Positions 63,583 to 64,000 of a stretch of 64,000 nucleotides of DNA are shown here, piece after piece (the stretch's first letter is position 1; every line of letters starts with the position of its first letter). Under the pieces are notes generated by a model, which was not told where the DNA came from, searched no databases, and was given only the letters and a program-made list of their open reading frames with translations. Position numbers and translations under genes: made by a program. Where the stretch lies: the IMG/VR virus record IMGVR_UViG_3300032295_003840, positions 64,001 through 128,000 of that record. One strand, given 5' to 3'. This stretch comes from a virus. Lineage: Duplodnaviria > Caudoviricetes.

Positions 63583-64000
63583 ATGGCCAAGAAATCCGCA
63601 CCCCTGTCACTAGAAGAACTTCTGGAAGGCCAGAAGCAAATGCTGACGGCCAGCAATCTCACCGAGGAACAGCGCAAGCGAGCCGAGGATCAGATTGCCA
63701 AGCTGGAAGAACTGCGTGCTGCTACAACCAAAACGCAGGATATACAGCAGGAGGTGCTGGATCAAAGTCGAGTTATGACCAAAGCCAAGGGTGACTCTAA
63801 AAATGTTACCCTTGGCGATGTGCGCAACGAACTCAAAGAACTACGCAAAGACATCAAGGCCGATCCAAATCGACGGCCCTTGCCACGACCCAAATCAGAC
63901 GACGTCATCGATGTAGATGTCAAAGAGGTCAGCGGCAAAAAGGACAACAAAGAACGCATTCAGAAGCTCACCGACATTGGTGCCACCTTGGGTGAGAAAG
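63583..64000 (+). CDS. Probable tape measure/baseplate hub protein (gp29-like), 5' part only
   Basis: Hand translation MAKKSAPLSLEELLEGQKQML... stays open to the window end; coiled-coil-like; follows gp26/gp51. Confidence 0.5.
   Translation, partial: MAKKSAPLSLEELLEGQKQMLTASNLTEEQRKRAEDQIAKLEELRAATTKTQDIQQEVLDQSRVMTKAKGDSKNVTLGDVRNELKELRKDIKADPNRRPLPRPKSDDVIDVDVKEVSGKKDNKERIQKLTDIGATLGEK

Noticed and set aside
1-64000. Stop-codon reassignment, tRNA or rRNA genes
   Set aside because: Core genes are full length in the standard code and end in TAA, TGA or TAG; intergenic gaps are short and show no cloverleaf signatures.

Overview
The window is a 64-kb segment of a large T4-like (Tevenvirinae/Kyanoviridae-grade) myophage genome using the standard genetic code. 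The host cannot be determined from this sequence. The left end (1-5.1 kb, minus strand) is a sigma70-driven 7-deazaguanine DNA-modification operon (queE, AbrB-like, folE, MazG-like, DEDDh exonuclease, dpdA/TGT-like, queD-like) that runs into a nucleotidyltransferase-cupin fusion cut by the window edge. It is followed by gp55, uvsW and uvsY and a near-complete morphogenesis block (gp3, 23, 22, 21, 67, 20, 19, 18, 17, 16, 15, 14, 13; four fibre-like genes; a VrlC/DUF4815 protein; gp8, 7, 6, 25, PAAR, 5, 27-like, 53, 48). On the plus strand are gp4, gp2, gp54, gp26, gp51, a 3TM holin and the start of a probable tape-measure gene. The most unusual signals are: (i) a 2621-aa fibre-like protein built on an ~18-residue repeat backbone with a recurring insertion site carrying short hairpins or Ser/Thr-stalked passenger domains, including three reelin-like modules; (ii) apparent nested domain-within-domain insertions in a 1979-aa gp7; (iii) a T TTT TTC slippery site that would fuse gp26 to gp51 by -1 frameshifting near the tape-measure gene; (iv) two perfect sigma70 promoters facing each other across uvsY-uvsW; (v) late promoters positioned to give leaderless mRNAs. 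All family assignments come from recalled motifs and synteny, not from database searches.
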